Both the position numbers and the translations under genes were made by a program. From Dehalococcoidales bacterium (GTDB lineage Bacteria; Chloroflexota; Dehalococcoidia; Dehalococcoidales; GCA-2688105), in the NCBI GenBank assembly GCA_002688105.1, contig NZBQ01000009.1, forward strand, positions 21,389 to 63,555: 42,167 nucleotides of DNA. Direction: 5' to 3'. The notes beneath the pieces are model-generated. The model saw only the letters and a program-made list of their open reading frames with translations, did not search any database and was not told the origin of the DNA. Positions within the stretch are counted from its first letter, which is position 1; each line of letters begins with the position of its first letter. Below are positions 17,777-27,365 of this stretch, piece after piece.

Positions 17777-17802
17777 GGGGAAGGGGAATCCTCTCCTTCC
17801 CC
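17777..17802 (+). other. Intergenic stem-loop without U-tract (mRNA stabiliser or weak terminator)
   Basis: GGGGAAGGGGA-ATCC-TCTCCTTCCCC. Confidence 0.5.
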
Positions 17803-17825
17803 AATCCTGAAATGAGGTTAGGACC

Positions 17826-18149
17826 GTGGTAAAAGTAGTCTATATTTACAATCTGAAGGAAGGGGTAGACCCCAAGGAGTTTGAGAATTACTACTTCAAC
17901 CAGAGAATCCCCCAGGTCATGAAAGTTCCCAACCTACAGAAGTTCTGTTTCAATGTCGCTACCGGAGACGACCCAGCACCATACCGATATATGGCGGAGA
18001 ACTACTATAAGGACATGAAGACCGCCAAGGAGACGCTTAGCTCAGACTATTTCAAGGATGTCCACGGTTATATTGCGGGCAAACTGGCTGATATGAAGGT
18101 TATGTTCTACGAAACTCATGAATGGATTCCGGCTGAGTGGAAAGAATGA
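17826..18149 (+). CDS. EthD-family protein (dimeric alpha-beta barrel)
   Basis: K....Y...DPKEFENYY....P..KVPNL, AENYY.D. Confidence 0.75.
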   Translation: MVKVVYIYNLKEGVDPKEFENYYFNQRIPQVMKVPNLQKFCFNVATGDDPAPYRYMAENYYKDMKTAKETLSSDYFKDVHGYIAGKLADMKVMFYETHEWIPAEWKE

Positions 18150-18182
18150 GACATCAACGGCAAGAAGAAAGGACTCAAATTC

Positions 18183-18542
18183 ATGGAAAAAGAACCGAAA
18201 TGTATTAAAATAGCGAATGTGGAGGCAAGTATACCACCCAATCACACTAAAACGTATGGCTGGGAATTAGCCACCAGGGATAATGTTGGTGCTGAGAATG
18301 TTAATGTGTTTATGAGTGAAATACAGCCAGGCGGAACCGCTGACCCGGACATACATCCTAATGCTGAGCAACTTACCTTCGTTCTGTCCGGGAGGGCGAA
18401 AGCGGTTATTGGCGGCAATGAATTCCTCATGGAACCGAACAGCTGTCTCTTTGTTCCCCCAAATACCGAGCACAGTATGGAGGTCATCGGTAAAGAAACC
18501 TTCAGGACTCTGGTTATTTTTTCACCGCCTTTGAAGAGATGA
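18183..18542 (+). CDS. Cupin domain protein
   Basis: DIHPNAEQ..FVLSG and VPPNTEHS motifs (first His replaced by Asp). Confidence 0.85.
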   Translation: MEKEPKCIKIANVEASIPPNHTKTYGWELATRDNVGAENVNVFMSEIQPGGTADPDIHPNAEQLTFVLSGRAKAVIGGNEFLMEPNSCLFVPPNTEHSMEVIGKETFRTLVIFSPPLKR

Positions 18543-18557
18543 GACTGGAAATTTAAG

Positions 18558-20324
18558 ATGGTAAACGAAAGAATAGTGCTGAGGGATACTGCCCTGGGCA
18601 AGGAAAGGGCTGACCTCATTATCAGGAAGGGCAAACTGGTCAATGTGTATACCGGTGAGATTTACCCGGCAGATATTGCCATCAAGGGAACCCGGATTGC
18701 CTGTGTGGGAGATGTGAAGCATACGCTAGGCCCGAAAACTCAAACCCTTAATGCTTCTAATAAATTCTTACTTCCCGGCTTCATTGATACCCATCATCAT
18801 ATGGGCGGCTCACAATTGTCCATGACCCGATGGGCTGAGACGCTTTTAGCTAATGGAACCACCTCCATTGCCACCGATCTTTACGAAATCGGCTCTGTGG
18901 CTGGCATAAAAGGGATTCGTTTCGCATTAGATGAAGCCCAAGCAATGGGCTTGAATATTCTCTTTCTCATACCCGTAGTGGCTTATCTGCAGCATAATCC
19001 ATTCGGTAATTCCGAGAGCATTAGTGAAAAAGAACTCTTTGAAATGCTCGATTGGCCAGAGAACATTGGTATCAATGAGCCGCCACCGGATTGGCTGCTC
19101 GATGGCAACGAAACTATGCTGAGGCTGGCTGACGAAACTTTGAAACGAGGCAAGTTGATTGAAGGTCACGCCGCTGAAACTTTTGATAACAGGTTGCAGG
19201 CATATATCAGTTTGGGGCCGAACTCAGACCACGAATGCCTGAGCGCTGATGAAGCCATATCGAAGCTTCGCCTGGGGGTGGAAATTTTGATGCGTGAGGG
19301 CTCTGCCGCCGTTGACCTAGCCAATGTGGTCAAGGCGATAACCGAGAACAGGATGCCCGCCGATCATTTTATGTTCGCTACCGATGAACGAGACCCCGCT
19401 GACCTCTACGATATAGGCCATTTCAACTTCACTTTGAAAAAGGCAATTCGTCAGGGTCTGAACCCGGTAACAGGTGTTCAGATTGCCACTATCAATGCCG
19501 CCCGCTATCTACGGAAAGACCACGATATAGGAAGCATCACCCCAGGCAGATTCGCCGACATCTTGATTACTGGTGACCTGACGGAATTTGACCTGGATTA
19601 TGTAGTCTCCAAAGGAGAAATCGTTGTCCAGAAGAGAAAATATGTCAAACCTACACCTAAAGTCAAGTATCCAGACTTCATGAAAACCAAAATCAACCTG
19701 AAGAGACCAACCGAATTAAAAGACCTGGCCGTCACCACCGATAAGAGTAAGGACTCGGTAAAGGTACGTGTGCTCCACTGTATCGACGGAACACTCGTCT
19801 CGGAAAGAAAAGAGGCCGTACTAAAGGTCAAGAATGGAGAAATCCGGCCCGAGGCAGCCAAGGATGTCGCCAAAATGGTGGTCTTGGAACGTCACCGGGG
19901 AACTGGCAAGATAGGAAAAGCCTTTATGTCCGGGTTTGGATTAAAGCGCGGCGCTTTCGCCCAAACCTATAATCCGGTAACGAATAATCTCACTGTCTTA
20001 GGGACATCAGATGAAGATATCTTATTCGCCATCCAACAAATTCAGAAAATGGGCGGAGGTTTTGTTGTTGTGGACAAGGGAAAAGTGCTGGCGTCGCTGC
20101 CTCTTCCCATCATTGGGGTATTGTCAGACCAACCGTTAAAGGTAGTTCAAAAGGGATTCAAAGAAGTCACCGATGCCATCCATAAGCTCGGCTCTCACTT
20201 TAAATCACCCATGCTGAGCGTTGGTTTTATGGCTATGGCTTACGGAATACCCACCTATAAATTAAGTGAATACGGGCTGGTAGATATTGATACCTTAGAA
20301 TTGGCCGACCTGATTATTGAGTAA
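18558..20324 (+). CDS. Adenine deaminase-family amidohydrolase, divergent
   Basis: PGFIDTHHH, EGHA, SDHE, REGSAA, ATDE, ATINAA, GSITPGRFAD, VLERH, LPLPIIGVLS. Confidence 0.88.
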   Translation: MVNERIVLRDTALGKERADLIIRKGKLVNVYTGEIYPADIAIKGTRIACVGDVKHTLGPKTQTLNASNKFLLPGFIDTHHHMGGSQLSMTRWAETLLANGTTSIATDLYEIGSVAGIKGIRFALDEAQAMGLNILFLIPVVAYLQHNPFGNSESISEKELFEMLDWPENIGINEPPPDWLLDGNETMLRLADETLKRGKLIEGHAAETFDNRLQAYISLGPNSDHECLSADEAISKLRLGVEILMREGSAAVDLANVVKAITENRMPADHFMFATDERDPADLYDIGHFNFTLKKAIRQGLNPVTGVQIATINAARYLRKDHDIGSITPGRFADILITGDLTEFDLDYVVSKGEIVVQKRKYVKPTPKVKYPDFMKTKINLKRPTELKDLAVTTDKSKDSVKVRVLHCIDGTLVSERKEAVLKVKNGEIRPEAAKDVAKMVVLERHRGTGKIGKAFMSGFGLKRGAFAQTYNPVTNNLTVLGTSDEDILFAIQQIQKMGGGFVVVDKGKVLASLPLPIIGVLSDQPLKVVQKGFKEVTDAIHKLGSHFKSPMLSVGFMAMAYGIPTYKLSEYGLVDIDTLELADLIIE

Positions 20325-20348
20325 GAAATTTAAAAATGGAGGGTTGGA

Positions 20349-20660
20349 ATGGAGAAGATAAAAGCATTATACATGTTTTTGGATGAAAGTGCTGATTCAA
20401 CCAAGCATCGGGCAACCGTGGATACCCCTAGCGTAACGCTGACAGTAGTCGGGGTTAGTAGCCCGGAAGTTGCCATCCAAACCGCCAAACAGTTGATACA
20501 AGAAGGTAAAGCAGAGCTGGTAGAGCTATGTGGTGCCTGTGGGTACAGGGTAGCCAAAGCAGTTTATGAGGCGGTAGGTGACCAGGCTCCAGTGGGTATG
20601 ACAGTCCATCAATTTGACAACGCGCCCAAAATATGCGAATTAATAAAGAAGTGGGGCTAG
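20349..20660 (+). CDS. DUF6506-like small protein
   Basis: LTVVGV..A..AKQL..G..LVELCGA pattern; GGAGG RBS. Confidence 0.7.
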   Translation: MEKIKALYMFLDESADSTKHRATVDTPSVTLTVVGVSSPEVAIQTAKQLIQEGKAELVELCGACGYRVAKAVYEAVGDQAPVGMTVHQFDNAPKICELIKKWG

Positions 20661-20753
20661 TAGAACTACCGTAACTTATTCCAGCAGACAGATGAAGCCA
20701 GTGTTCTTGTAATCCTGACTTTGTTTGTTACTCCATTTAGTAACTTGGTGGCA

Positions 20754-21947
20754 TCAAGTCTTAGCTCCCCCTACCCCCTGGAATTCCTTTTTGATTTTCA
20801 TAACCACTTCGGAATCGGACACCAGGTCAACCACGGTCATAGCCAACGCCCTGGCACCATCAATGAGGCCGTTAATACCTGCATCCGAAGCGGCTGCCAA
20901 GGCAAACTCAGAGGTATGGAAGGCTACCCCTGGTGAGGTGATGCCCACCACAGCCTGAATGCTAGGTGCTAACTGGCTGACGTTACCCATATCAGTGCTG
21001 CCACTTAGTTTACTGGGGTCTGGCATAATTACTTTGCGTCCCAGAGATTGTAAGTTATAACTGAATAACCGGGCTAGAATCGGATTATTATCCATAGTAG
21101 CATAGCGTATGTCGGCCCACTTATACTCCAGACGGGCCCCGCTAGCGGTAGCGGCGCCAATGAAGCAATTCATAACTTTCTGTTTTAGTTCATCTAGATA
21201 AGTATCATCCTCAGCCCGTATCAGGAAGTCGGCAGCGCTATGGGCTGGAACTACATTAACCGCTTCTCCACCATCAGTAATAACACCATGAATTCGGGCT
21301 TTATCCCTGATGTGTTGTCTGAGTGAATTAATGCCGGCAAAAGACAGGAGCATAGCTTCTAGAGCATTAACGCCCGCCTCTGGTGCGGCGGCGGCATGAG
21401 CTGTTTTACCAAAGAACTCAACCTCTAAACCCTGAGCGGCAAAGGCATAAAAGACAGGGCTATTGTATTGTCCCAGATGCACCATCATAGCCACATCTAA
21501 GTTGTCAAAAGCCCCTCTATCAGCCATTGTTACCTTACCCCCGTGTATCTCCTCAGCCGGAGTGCCAATAACGAGGATAGTCCCTCCATAGCGGTCAATC
21601 GCTAGTTTGGAAGCTACTCCGGCACCAACGGCGCAGGTTGATATTAGGTTATGCCCACAGGCATGACCAAGGCCAGGCAAGGCGTCATACTCAGCCATAA
21701 TCGCTATAATCGGTTTTCCGTGTCCATACCCTGCCTTAAAAGCAGTCGATAGTTCACAGATACCTCGCTCCACAGAGAAGCCATTTTGCTCCAGGTACTG
21801 GGTTAGCCAAGCGGCTGCCTTTACCTCCCGGAAACCCAGCTCCGGATTGGAATGTATCTTTAGAGCCAGTTCACTGAGTTGGCTACGGCTAGCCTCTATA
21901 TCTTTTATGGTTGAGGTCTTCAGTGTCTCTACATCTGAACTGCTCAC
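20754..21947 (-). CDS. M20 family amidohydrolase (ACY1L2/AbgB-like)
   Basis: IHSNPELG, EYDALPGLGHACGHN, GTPAEE, GSTDMGNVS, FH. Confidence 0.92.
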   Translation of the reverse strand: MSSSDVETLKTSTIKDIEASRSQLSELALKIHSNPELGFREVKAAAWLTQYLEQNGFSVERGICELSTAFKAGYGHGKPIIAIMAEYDALPGLGHACGHNLISTCAVGAGVASKLAIDRYGGTILVIGTPAEEIHGGKVTMADRGAFDNLDVAMMVHLGQYNSPVFYAFAAQGLEVEFFGKTAHAAAAPEAGVNALEAMLLSFAGINSLRQHIRDKARIHGVITDGGEAVNVVPAHSAADFLIRAEDDTYLDELKQKVMNCFIGAATASGARLEYKWADIRYATMDNNPILARLFSYNLQSLGRKVIMPDPSKLSGSTDMGNVSQLAPSIQAVVGITSPGVAFHTSEFALAAASDAGINGLIDGARALAMTVVDLVSDSEVVMKIKKEFQGVGGAKT

Positions 21948-21979
21948 GGAACAACCCCCTAATCATTTACAATACCACC

Positions 21980-22008
21980 ACTATACGACAAACCTGATTC
22001 CTCGGCAA
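21980..22008 (-). promoter_or_regulatory. Sigma70-type promoter of the M20 gene
   Basis: TTGCCG-N17-TATAGT on the minus strand. Confidence 0.55.
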
Positions 22009-22053
22009 GCAAGATGCTTTCTATAGCGAGTGTAGTTCTCAGCACACTTTTCG

Positions 22054-22920
22054 TCATATATTATGGACTAAAGTTGCCATCATTTCTGCTGCCTGAAAAG
22101 AGCTGCGTACAAAGGGACTGGAGGCTACAAAGTCAAAACCCATATTCTCCCCTATACTTTCATACTCGTCGAACTCCTGAGGGGTAACATATCTTATCAC
22201 CGGATGGTGCTCGAATGAGGGTGCCAGATATTGTCCAATAGTCAAGAGGCTACACCCTACAGCAAGAAGGTCTTCCATTACCGCTACCACCTCATCATGT
22301 TCCTCTCCCAACCCCAACATCAGCCCTGACTTGGTTAATATCCTCCCATCCATAGACCTCACTGCCCGTAGCAGATTGAGTGAGCGATGGTAATCAACCT
22401 CGGGACGCACCTCAGCGTATAAGCGAGGGATAGTCTCCAAATTGTGATTAATTACTTCCGGATAACTATCAACAATGGTCTGCAACGCACTGAGAGAACC
22501 CTTAAAATCAGGAATAAGAACCTCAACAGTAGGATGAGGTTTAACCTGCCTGATGGCATTCACGGTTTTACTGAAGTGTGCAACTCCCCCATCGGATAAA
22601 TCATCCCTGGTTACTGAAGTAACGACGACGTGCTTTAGCTGCAGTTCACTCACGGCTCGGGCGACATTGCCGGGCTCATCCGGGTTGAGGAGAGATGGTT
22701 TTCCCTTTTTGACAGCACAAAAACGGCAGTGGCGAGTACAAATATCTCCCATAATAAGGAAGGTGGCAGTTCGATGCGAAAAACACTCCCCTAAGTTGGG
22801 ACACAGGGCACTTTCGCACACGGTATGAAGTGATAGTCCGCTCAGTAGCTCCCTCATCTCATTAAGGACAGATGGAGAAGGAGCCTGCTTTCTCAACCAC
22901 TCAGGACGCCTACTGGACAT
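22054..22920 (-). CDS. lipA: Lipoyl synthase
   Basis: CESALCPNLGEC, CTRHCRFC, TSVTRDDL, NHNLET, IGQYL, VRSS. Confidence 0.96.
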   Translation of the reverse strand: MSSRRPEWLRKQAPSPSVLNEMRELLSGLSLHTVCESALCPNLGECFSHRTATFLIMGDICTRHCRFCAVKKGKPSLLNPDEPGNVARAVSELQLKHVVVTSVTRDDLSDGGVAHFSKTVNAIRQVKPHPTVEVLIPDFKGSLSALQTIVDSYPEVINHNLETIPRLYAEVRPEVDYHRSLNLLRAVRSMDGRILTKSGLMLGLGEEHDEVVAVMEDLLAVGCSLLTIGQYLAPSFEHHPVIRYVTPQEFDEYESIGENMGFDFVASSPFVRSSFQAAEMMATLVHNI

Positions 22921-23618
22921 AGAAATCTATTGAGTTCCTCCACAGAACCTTGCCTAATATCTGTATTAAAAACCTGTGCGCATTGCTCTAGCATACATGA
23001 AGTTACCTCTTCTAAGGCAATGTCCCGTCCCAGTAACTGAGACATTGAAGTTACACGCCTATCGGCAATGCCACAAGGAATAATGCAATTGAAGTACTTC
23101 AGGTCAGTATTTACATTCAGGGAAAAACCGTGCTTGGTGACCCAGCGACTGACCCGGATGCCCAGGGCACAAATCTTATCCTGTCCCACCCAGACACCAG
23201 GGTACTGAGGATTGCGATAGGCTGGGATAGAGAAAGCGCCCAAGGTTCGTATGACCACCTCCTCCAGGTTACGCACATATTGATGGATGCCCCTCCCCTT
23301 GGTCTTCAGATCGAAAATCAAATAGCCCACCAACTGCCCTGGTCCGTGGTAGGTTATATCTCCACCACGGTCAATGTGAAGGACAGATATTCCCTCACTA
23401 TCCAGCCAATCCCTGGAGGCAATGATGTTTTCCTCACTCCCGGAGGCCCCAATGGTAAATACAGGAGGATGCTGAAGAAACAGGCTTACATCTGGAATTT
23501 CACCAGCAATACGGGCTGATACCAGTTCATCCTGCAACCGCAGGGACTCCTCATACTCAACAACACCCAGGTCATATGCCCGGCACCGGCTTACCCTTGC
23601 GATAGATTCTCTCTCCAT
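22893..23618 (-). CDS. lipB: Lipoyl(octanoyl) transferase
   Basis: QHPPVFT, RGGDITYHGPGQLVGY, KICALG, HGFSLN, IIPCG. Confidence 0.95.
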   Translation of the reverse strand: MERESIARVSRCRAYDLGVVEYEESLRLQDELVSARIAGEIPDVSLFLQHPPVFTIGASGSEENIIASRDWLDSEGISVLHIDRGGDITYHGPGQLVGYLIFDLKTKGRGIHQYVRNLEEVVIRTLGAFSIPAYRNPQYPGVWVGQDKICALGIRVSRWVTKHGFSLNVNTDLKYFNCIIPCGIADRRVTSMSQLLGRDIALEEVTSCMLEQCAQVFNTDIRQGSVEELNRFLCPVGVLSG

Positions 23619-23636
23619 CCGCTTATCAATCCTTTT

Positions 23637-25022
23637 TCAGAAATGGATGGTCTTTCCCTCAGCATTTAGAGCGGCTTCCAGTACTGCTTCTGATAGTGTG
23701 GGGTGAGCATGAATAGTAGCCGCAATTTCTTCCAAAGTGGCTTCCATTTTTATGCCGAGAACAGCCTCAGCAATGAGGTCGGTGGCATGAGGACCGAGGA
23801 TTTGCACACCCAGAATTTGTTTATAGCGAGCCTCAGCAATAATTTTCACCATACCCGCTGTCTCATCCAGTATCAGCGCTTTACCATTAGCCTTAAAGGG
23901 GAACCGGCCAACCTTAATATCCCCATACTCCTCTTTAGCCTCAGCCTCAGTTATCCCCACCCCGGCTAGTTCCGGAGAAGTGTAAACACATCGGGGGACA
24001 GCCCAGTAATCTATTTTACAGTCAGCACCCATGATATTCTCGGCGGCACACTTACCCTCGTCCATGGCTACATGAGCCAGCATCAGTCCCCCTATCACAT
24101 CGCCAACAGCATAGACACCGGGGATATTTGTCTCCATCCGTTCATTGGCCACGATTCTACCCTTCTCCATAGCCAACCCCAGCTTATCCACTCCCAGGTC
24201 ATCGGTATTAGGTTGCCGCCCCACCGAGAGCAGAACCTTCTCCACTATCACTTCCTGTTCACCTTTACCATCTTTAGTGGTGAACGAAACCAAACTCCCC
24301 TTTCGTCCGGCACTTGCGATGCTTTTGACCGTAGCACTGGTGAATATCTTAATGCCATCTTTCTCTAATATACCACCGAGCATGTTGGCAACCTCGGTAT
24401 CCTCGGTAGGTAATATCTGAGGCATCATCTCTACGATAATTACCTCACTTCCCAGCCGGCTCATAATCTGGGCAAACTCCAGTCCAATCACCCCACCACC
24501 GATGATGACAATACTCTTGGGAGATTGCTCCATAACTAAAGCTTCATCACTGGTTATTACCCCGGACTCATCAATGCCCTTAACCGGAATCGTGGAGGGC
24601 TTTGAGCCAGTGGCAATAATAATATTATCGGCAGTTACCCGCTCACTTCCCCCTAAAATCTCTACTGTTTTGGAATCAATCAGGGTGGCAATACCTTCAA
24701 TAACCTTAACCTTGTTCTTCTTCATCAGGAAGGTAACGCCAGACACCAGCTGTTCAACGACGGCGTTTTTCCTTTTAGTTACTGCTGAGAAATCTATGGA
24801 GACTTTTCCCGCCGAGATACCGAAAACACCAGCTTCCTTGATTTTTGCCAGCATATCGGCTGATTGAAGCAGGGCTTTGGTCGGAATGCAACCCCGGTTG
24901 AGGCAGGTGCCTCCCAGAGCATCCTTTTCAATTAAGGTTACCTGAGCACCCAATTGGGCGGCTCGAATGGCAGCTACGTAACCGCCAGTTCCGCCACCAA
25001 TTACTATGATACTTTTAGCCAT
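23637..25022 (-). CDS. lpdA: Dihydrolipoyl dehydrogenase (E3)
   Basis: GGGTGG, GGTCLNRGCIPTK, GGGVIGLE, HAHPTLSE. Confidence 0.96.
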   Translation of the reverse strand: MAKSIIVIGGGTGGYVAAIRAAQLGAQVTLIEKDALGGTCLNRGCIPTKALLQSADMLAKIKEAGVFGISAGKVSIDFSAVTKRKNAVVEQLVSGVTFLMKKNKVKVIEGIATLIDSKTVEILGGSERVTADNIIIATGSKPSTIPVKGIDESGVITSDEALVMEQSPKSIVIIGGGVIGLEFAQIMSRLGSEVIIVEMMPQILPTEDTEVANMLGGILEKDGIKIFTSATVKSIASAGRKGSLVSFTTKDGKGEQEVIVEKVLLSVGRQPNTDDLGVDKLGLAMEKGRIVANERMETNIPGVYAVGDVIGGLMLAHVAMDEGKCAAENIMGADCKIDYWAVPRCVYTSPELAGVGITEAEAKEEYGDIKVGRFPFKANGKALILDETAGMVKIIAEARYKQILGVQILGPHATDLIAEAVLGIKMEATLEEIAATIHAHPTLSEAVLEAALNAEGKTIHF

Positions 25023-25063
25023 TGACTCGCCCCTTACTTGGTGAACTAATGAGATGAAGCTAT

Positions 25064-26287
25064 CTACACAATCACACTGACCGGACTTTCGATATAATTC
25101 TTCAGACTCTGCAGGAACTGTGCCCCAATAACACCGTCCAGAACCCGATGGTCAATGGACAAAGTCATTGTCATTATGGGTCTTATTACTACCTGCCCGT
25201 CTCTCACCACGGCTTTGTCGGCAAGGCGGCCCACGGCCAAAATAGCCGCCTCAGGGGGTTGGAGAATAGCACTGATCTGGTCTACCCCAAACATTCCCAT
25301 ATTGGAGATGGTGAAAGTGCTACCTCTCATCTCTCCCAGACTGAGTTTGCCATCTCTTGCTCGCTGAGCTAGCTCAGCTCTGTCTTGAGAAATCTCGGCT
25401 AATGACATCTTATTTGCCCGGCGAATAATGGGAACAATCAGCCCCCCCTCAACAGAGGTAACCAAGCCTATGTCTATTCGCCTGAAGAGCTTGACAGAGC
25501 CGTCAGCATAAGCACAATTGACCGACGGGTTATCCTCCAGCGCTTTGGCAACTATCTTAATCAGTAAATCAGTAATAGTTAGTCGTATTCCAATTTTGCT
25601 CTCTATGAGAGGTATCAATTGTGTACGTGTCTTGACCAATTCCTGTCCGTCAACCTCCACTGTCAGGTAGAAATGTGGAGTTTGAAAGCTCTCAATCATA
25701 TGACAGGCAATGACCTCTCGCATAGAGGATAACGAGGTTATTTCCTCTTCAGCTAATGCCAATTCCTCCCGAACAGGTTGAGCGGCTCCTACCTTGCCCT
25801 CCTCCACAGCCCGCAGGACATCTGCTCTGACTATCCTGCCACCCGGACCGGTTGCCCTTACCACAGCTAGATTGATATTATGCTCTCTGGCTATCTTCTT
25901 AGCCGACGGGGAAGCCTTTATTCTGCCTCCGGCTCTCTCCAGTGTCTCCGGCACTTCAACCGACACTGCTACCGTAGACGCTTCAACTGCTGCTTCTTTT
26001 TTAACGGCGGCTACCGGCTCCGGAGCCTTGGGGGCCTCCGGCGCTTTTTCACCCGGCTGCAGGATATAGGCAACGACTGTTTTTATCGGCACCTCCTCCC
26101 CCTCCCCCACCACTATCTTTAAAATACCTGATTCTTCCGCTTCAATCTCAAAGGTTACCTTCTCAGTTTCTACTTCAAGAAGAGCTTCACCTTTTTTCAC
26201 CTGTTCCCCATCCTGCTTCATCCACTTCACGATTCTCCCTTTGGTCATTGCTTCATCAAGTTTAGGTAATAACACTGCGGTAGCCAT
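25064..26287 (-). CDS. Dihydrolipoamide acyltransferase (E2), one lipoyl domain
   Basis: VETEKV lipoyl Lys, KASPSAKK..GTGPGGRI-type E3-binding region, TFTISNMG, DHRVLDG. Confidence 0.93.
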   Translation of the reverse strand: MATAVLLPKLDEAMTKGRIVKWMKQDGEQVKKGEALLEVETEKVTFEIEAEESGILKIVVGEGEEVPIKTVVAYILQPGEKAPEAPKAPEPVAAVKKEAAVEASTVAVSVEVPETLERAGGRIKASPSAKKIAREHNINLAVVRATGPGGRIVRADVLRAVEEGKVGAAQPVREELALAEEEITSLSSMREVIACHMIESFQTPHFYLTVEVDGQELVKTRTQLIPLIESKIGIRLTITDLLIKIVAKALEDNPSVNCAYADGSVKLFRRIDIGLVTSVEGGLIVPIIRRANKMSLAEISQDRAELAQRARDGKLSLGEMRGSTFTISNMGMFGVDQISAILQPPEAAILAVGRLADKAVVRDGQVVIRPIMTMTLSIDHRVLDGVIGAQFLQSLKNYIESPVSVIV

Positions 26288-26354
26288 CTTAATCCCCCCA
26301 TTGGTTTTCCCTCAGCTTCTGCCTTTGAAGTTGAGGTATTGGTTCAACCAGAGA

Positions 26355-27347
26355 TTACCGGGCGGAGACTTCTTTCCCCATCAACTCCCGAGCTCCAGCT
26401 ATAATGTCGCCCTCATTAGGGATAATATAGTCTTCTAACCTGGGATTAAAGGGAATAGGCGAATCCAGAGCCGTCACCCGCTTAATCGGCGCATCCAGAT
26501 AGTCTATCGCCTTTTCAGCAACAATAGCGGCTACCTCCCCACCAAATCCCCCCGTCTTACAAGCCTCATGAACAACCATTAATCTGCTTGTCTTCTTAAC
26601 CGAATCCAGTATCGTATCCTCATCTAAAGGCAACAGCGTCCGTGGGTCAACGACCTCTAAAGATATGCCTTCCTTCTCCAGAGTCTCAGCAGCCTGCAAA
26701 GCCAGAACGAGGCTCTTGGAATAGGCAACTACGGTAATATCTTTGCCCTCGCATTTAACCTCTGCTTTGCCTAACGGCACCAGATATTCTTCCTCGGGAA
26801 TCATCCCCGACTGGCCATAAAGTCCCTTGTGTTCGATAAACATAACCGGATTATCCTCTCGGATACTCGACTTGAGCAGGCCTTTGGCGTCATAAGGGAT
26901 AGACGGCATAACCACCATCAGCCCCGGCATGTGAGTATATAGTGCCTCCAGAGACTGAGAATGGTGAAGTCCTGCCGATACCCCCCCACCACCCTGGGTC
27001 CGTATCACCAGCGGCACCTTCACGGTACCCCCAGTCATGTAGCGAAACTTCGCTATCTGGTTAAAAATTTGGTCCATGGCGATGGGCGAGAAGTCAATAT
27101 ACATTATCTCAGCTACCGGTCGCATTCCCACCAGAGCAGCTCCCAGCGTAGCCCCGATTATTCCGGCCTCAGCTAAAGGGGTGTTCCTGACCCGCTCATG
27201 ACCAAACTCATCAACTAATCCCTGTGGTACCTTATAGGAGCTGCCATATTCAGCTATATCCTCACCCAACAGGAAAACGGACTCGTCACGCTTCATCTCC
27301 TCCCGGAGCGCTTCACGCAGTGCTTCTCTATAGGTTAACTCTTTCAT
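26355..27347 (-). CDS. 2-oxoacid/acetoin dehydrogenase E1 beta subunit
   Basis: LGEDI, NTPLAE, GMRPVAEIM, HHSQSLE, FIEHK. Confidence 0.93.
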   Translation of the reverse strand: MKELTYREALREALREEMKRDESVFLLGEDIAEYGSSYKVPQGLVDEFGHERVRNTPLAEAGIIGATLGAALVGMRPVAEIMYIDFSPIAMDQIFNQIAKFRYMTGGTVKVPLVIRTQGGGGVSAGLHHSQSLEALYTHMPGLMVVMPSIPYDAKGLLKSSIREDNPVMFIEHKGLYGQSGMIPEEEYLVPLGKAEVKCEGKDITVVAYSKSLVLALQAAETLEKEGISLEVVDPRTLLPLDEDTILDSVKKTSRLMVVHEACKTGGFGGEVAAIVAEKAIDYLDAPIKRVTALDSPIPFNPRLEDYIIPNEGDIIAGARELMGKEVSAR

Positions 27348-27365
27348 ATTTTCACCCTCTTGCCT

